From NCBI RefSeq assembly GCF_006345805.1, contig NC_042997.1, positions 130,014,001-130,078,000 of the forward strand: DNA of 64,000 nt, written 5' to 3'. The notes beneath the pieces are model-generated. The model saw only the letters and a program-made list of their open reading frames with translations. It made no database searches and was not told the DNA's origin. The translations under genes and the position numbers were made by a program. The stretch comes from Octopus sinensis. Taxonomy: Eukaryota. Below are positions 61,920 to 64,000 of the stretch, piece after piece. Each line of letters begins with the position of its first letter. Positions within the stretch are counted from its first letter, which is position 1.

Positions 61920-62385
61920 CAGGCATGGCTGTGTGATAAGAAGTTTGCTTCTCAACAATAAGGTCCTGAGTTCAATCCCACTGAGTGGAACCTCGGGTAA
62001 ATGTTTCCTATTACAAGCACCATAGCCTACAGTAGATTTCATGACAGAAACTGAAGGAATACCATTATATGCATGTGTGTGTGTGTACATGTATATGTAT
62101 GTGTGTATGTGTATACAGGTATGTGTGTGTGTACATGTATATATGTGTGTACATGTATGTGTGTGTTTGTCTTTGTGTTTGTCCTCACATCCACTCAAAC
62201 GACTGGCATTGGTTTGTTTATATACCCATAACTTAGCAGTTTTGCAAAAGAGATCAGTAAAATAAGTACGAGGCTTTAAAAAGTAAGTACTGGGGGTCAT
62301 TTTGTTCGACTAAATCACTTCAAGGAAGTGCCCCAGCGTGGCCACAGTCCAATGATTGAAACAAGAAAAAGATAAAAAATAAATC
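61920..62385 (+). mobile_element. OR-like SINE variant
   Basis: Head, GAGTTCAATCCC, microsatellite, GATTGAAACAAGAAAAAG tail. Confidence 0.8.
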
Positions 62386-62394
62386 TCAACAGGT

Positions 62395-62845
62395 GCAAGA
62401 GTGGCTGTGTGATAAGAAGCTTGCTTCCCAACTACATGGTTCCAGGGGCCGATCAAAGCCTTGTGAAAGGATTTGGTAAACGGAAATAGAATGAAGCCCG
62501 TCACTGGTTGGAATTAGGAAGGGCATCCAGCTGTAGAAACTCTGCCAGATCAAGATTGTAACCTGGTGCAGCCATCTGGTTTGCCAGTCCTCAGTCAAAT
62601 CGTCCAACCCATGCTAGCATGGAAAGCGGACGTTAAACGATGATGATGATGATGATATATATATATTTGTGTGTGTCTGTGTTTATCACCCTATCATCGC
62701 TTGACAACTTAGTGGTTCGGCAAAAGAGACTGATAGAATAAGTACTAGGTTTACAAAGAATAAGTCCTGGGGTCAATTTGTTCGACTGAAGGCAGTGCTC
62801 CAGCATGGCTGCAGTCTAATGACTGAAACAAGTAAAAGAATAGAC
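62395..62845 (+). mobile_element. OR-like SINE with an RTE tail (62505-62655) inserted at its microsatellite
   Basis: Head to GAAGCCCGTCA, RTE tail to (GAT)n, then SINE body/tail. Confidence 0.8.
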
Positions 62846-64000
62846 ATACACGTAACAAGTTATTTTGCTAAATGCAACCAAATTGTTATCAAAATGAATA
62901 GAAACATAGAGGGGAGCCTACTGCATTGGAAATATGGTTATGAGAATGTTAGAAATAGCACTGGAGAAACCTTACAAATATACATTTACTGGAAATAACT
63001 TGATTAGGAAATTGAATAATGATTGTGATGATTGGATATATGAAGAAAGCTGGATAAAATTGTACAATGATCTTGTAAAGAAGCTCCAAGAATTGAACCT
63101 CTTGTCAGTCTTCCAGTGATATTATGACACACAATGTCTATTGCAGGGGTCGGGGACAATTTAAGGATTAATTTTATTTTTATGTTTTATATATCTTTAA
63201 AGCTATGATATGGTATTTCAGTATGTTTGCATTATCACACACGTGGAAGCTCTAAAAGTGTCAAAGCTTGAATAGTTCAATCAAAAAAAAAAATCTGTTC
63301 AACAACTGAATGAATGCAAATTTTAGAAATGTCAGAATAATTAAAAACATTAAAAAGGCTTCAGTTTTCTTAATTTTGTTCTAAAAAAAAAAAAAAAACT
63401 TTCGATGTACGCGCTATTTAAAGGTAGATAACTCTGTATCATCATGATTAATAGTCTTCTTCAGAATTTCATTACTCTTCAAAAATTACGTTTGACATTT
63501 GATACAAGGTGATCGAGTTAAAAATAAAGTCTCTACGGTGGCCACTCAAGCCATTAGAAATAGCAACCAAATCCCCTTCGAATCTCAACATTTTCAAAAC
63601 TGAAAGACACAGAGGATAATGTAGTCATAGGTATAATATTGGTGCAGGTTAAGAAGTTTGTTTCACTATTACATTGAGTTCAAATCCAACATACGAAATC
63701 CTTGGGCAAATATCTTCTACTATACATAACCTTGTGAGTACAATTTGGTAGATGAAAGATGTAAAGAAACCTGTTAAAGGAACCGTTTTTGTTCTTAGAT
63801 GGGAGACTTAATCATAATGAATTGTCATGTCTTAACACACTCTGATTTGAATATGTTAATTGCTGCTGTTTCATCATTGTAGAACAATTTCTTCTTTCAG
63901 ATGAATGCATGTTCATAAAACACTAGATTCATTATCATAGTCTGGTTTAAACTCACCACGTGGCACATTGGGTACCTTCAGTGGAGTCTTTGCTGCAAGT

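Overview
AT-rich, repeat-saturated eukaryotic DNA. It is most likely a large intron or intergenic region of a coleoid cephalopod (Octopus-like), inferred from recognisable CORE-type (OR-like) and Nin/Deu-type (OK-like) tRNA-derived SINEs, RTE LINEs and TG/TATG/ATG microsatellites. I could not recognise any intact host gene, rRNA, tRNA gene or CRISPR array. All long ORFs are decayed transposon ORFs or microsatellite artefacts. Supportable content includes three mariner copies (two families), a hAT-Charlie-type and a hATm-like transposase remnant, piggyBac-type MITEs, a non-autonomous Helitron, fragments of at least three RTE families (one with a PHD finger inside the RT region) and dozens of SINEs, often nested. 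The least explained signals are: a cryptic 39-bp (13-codon) repeat with protein-like divergence, degenerate minimal hammerhead-ribozyme cores, a ~360-bp foldback element, a stem-loop array in an RTE 3' UTR, a Bov-A-like bipartite RTE derivative, and SINE microsatellites repeatedly used as insertion sites. A few isolated candidate exons are low confidence. I see no direct evidence of a new protein-coding system. Boundaries of decayed repeats are approximate, and family names come from recalled motifs, not database searches.
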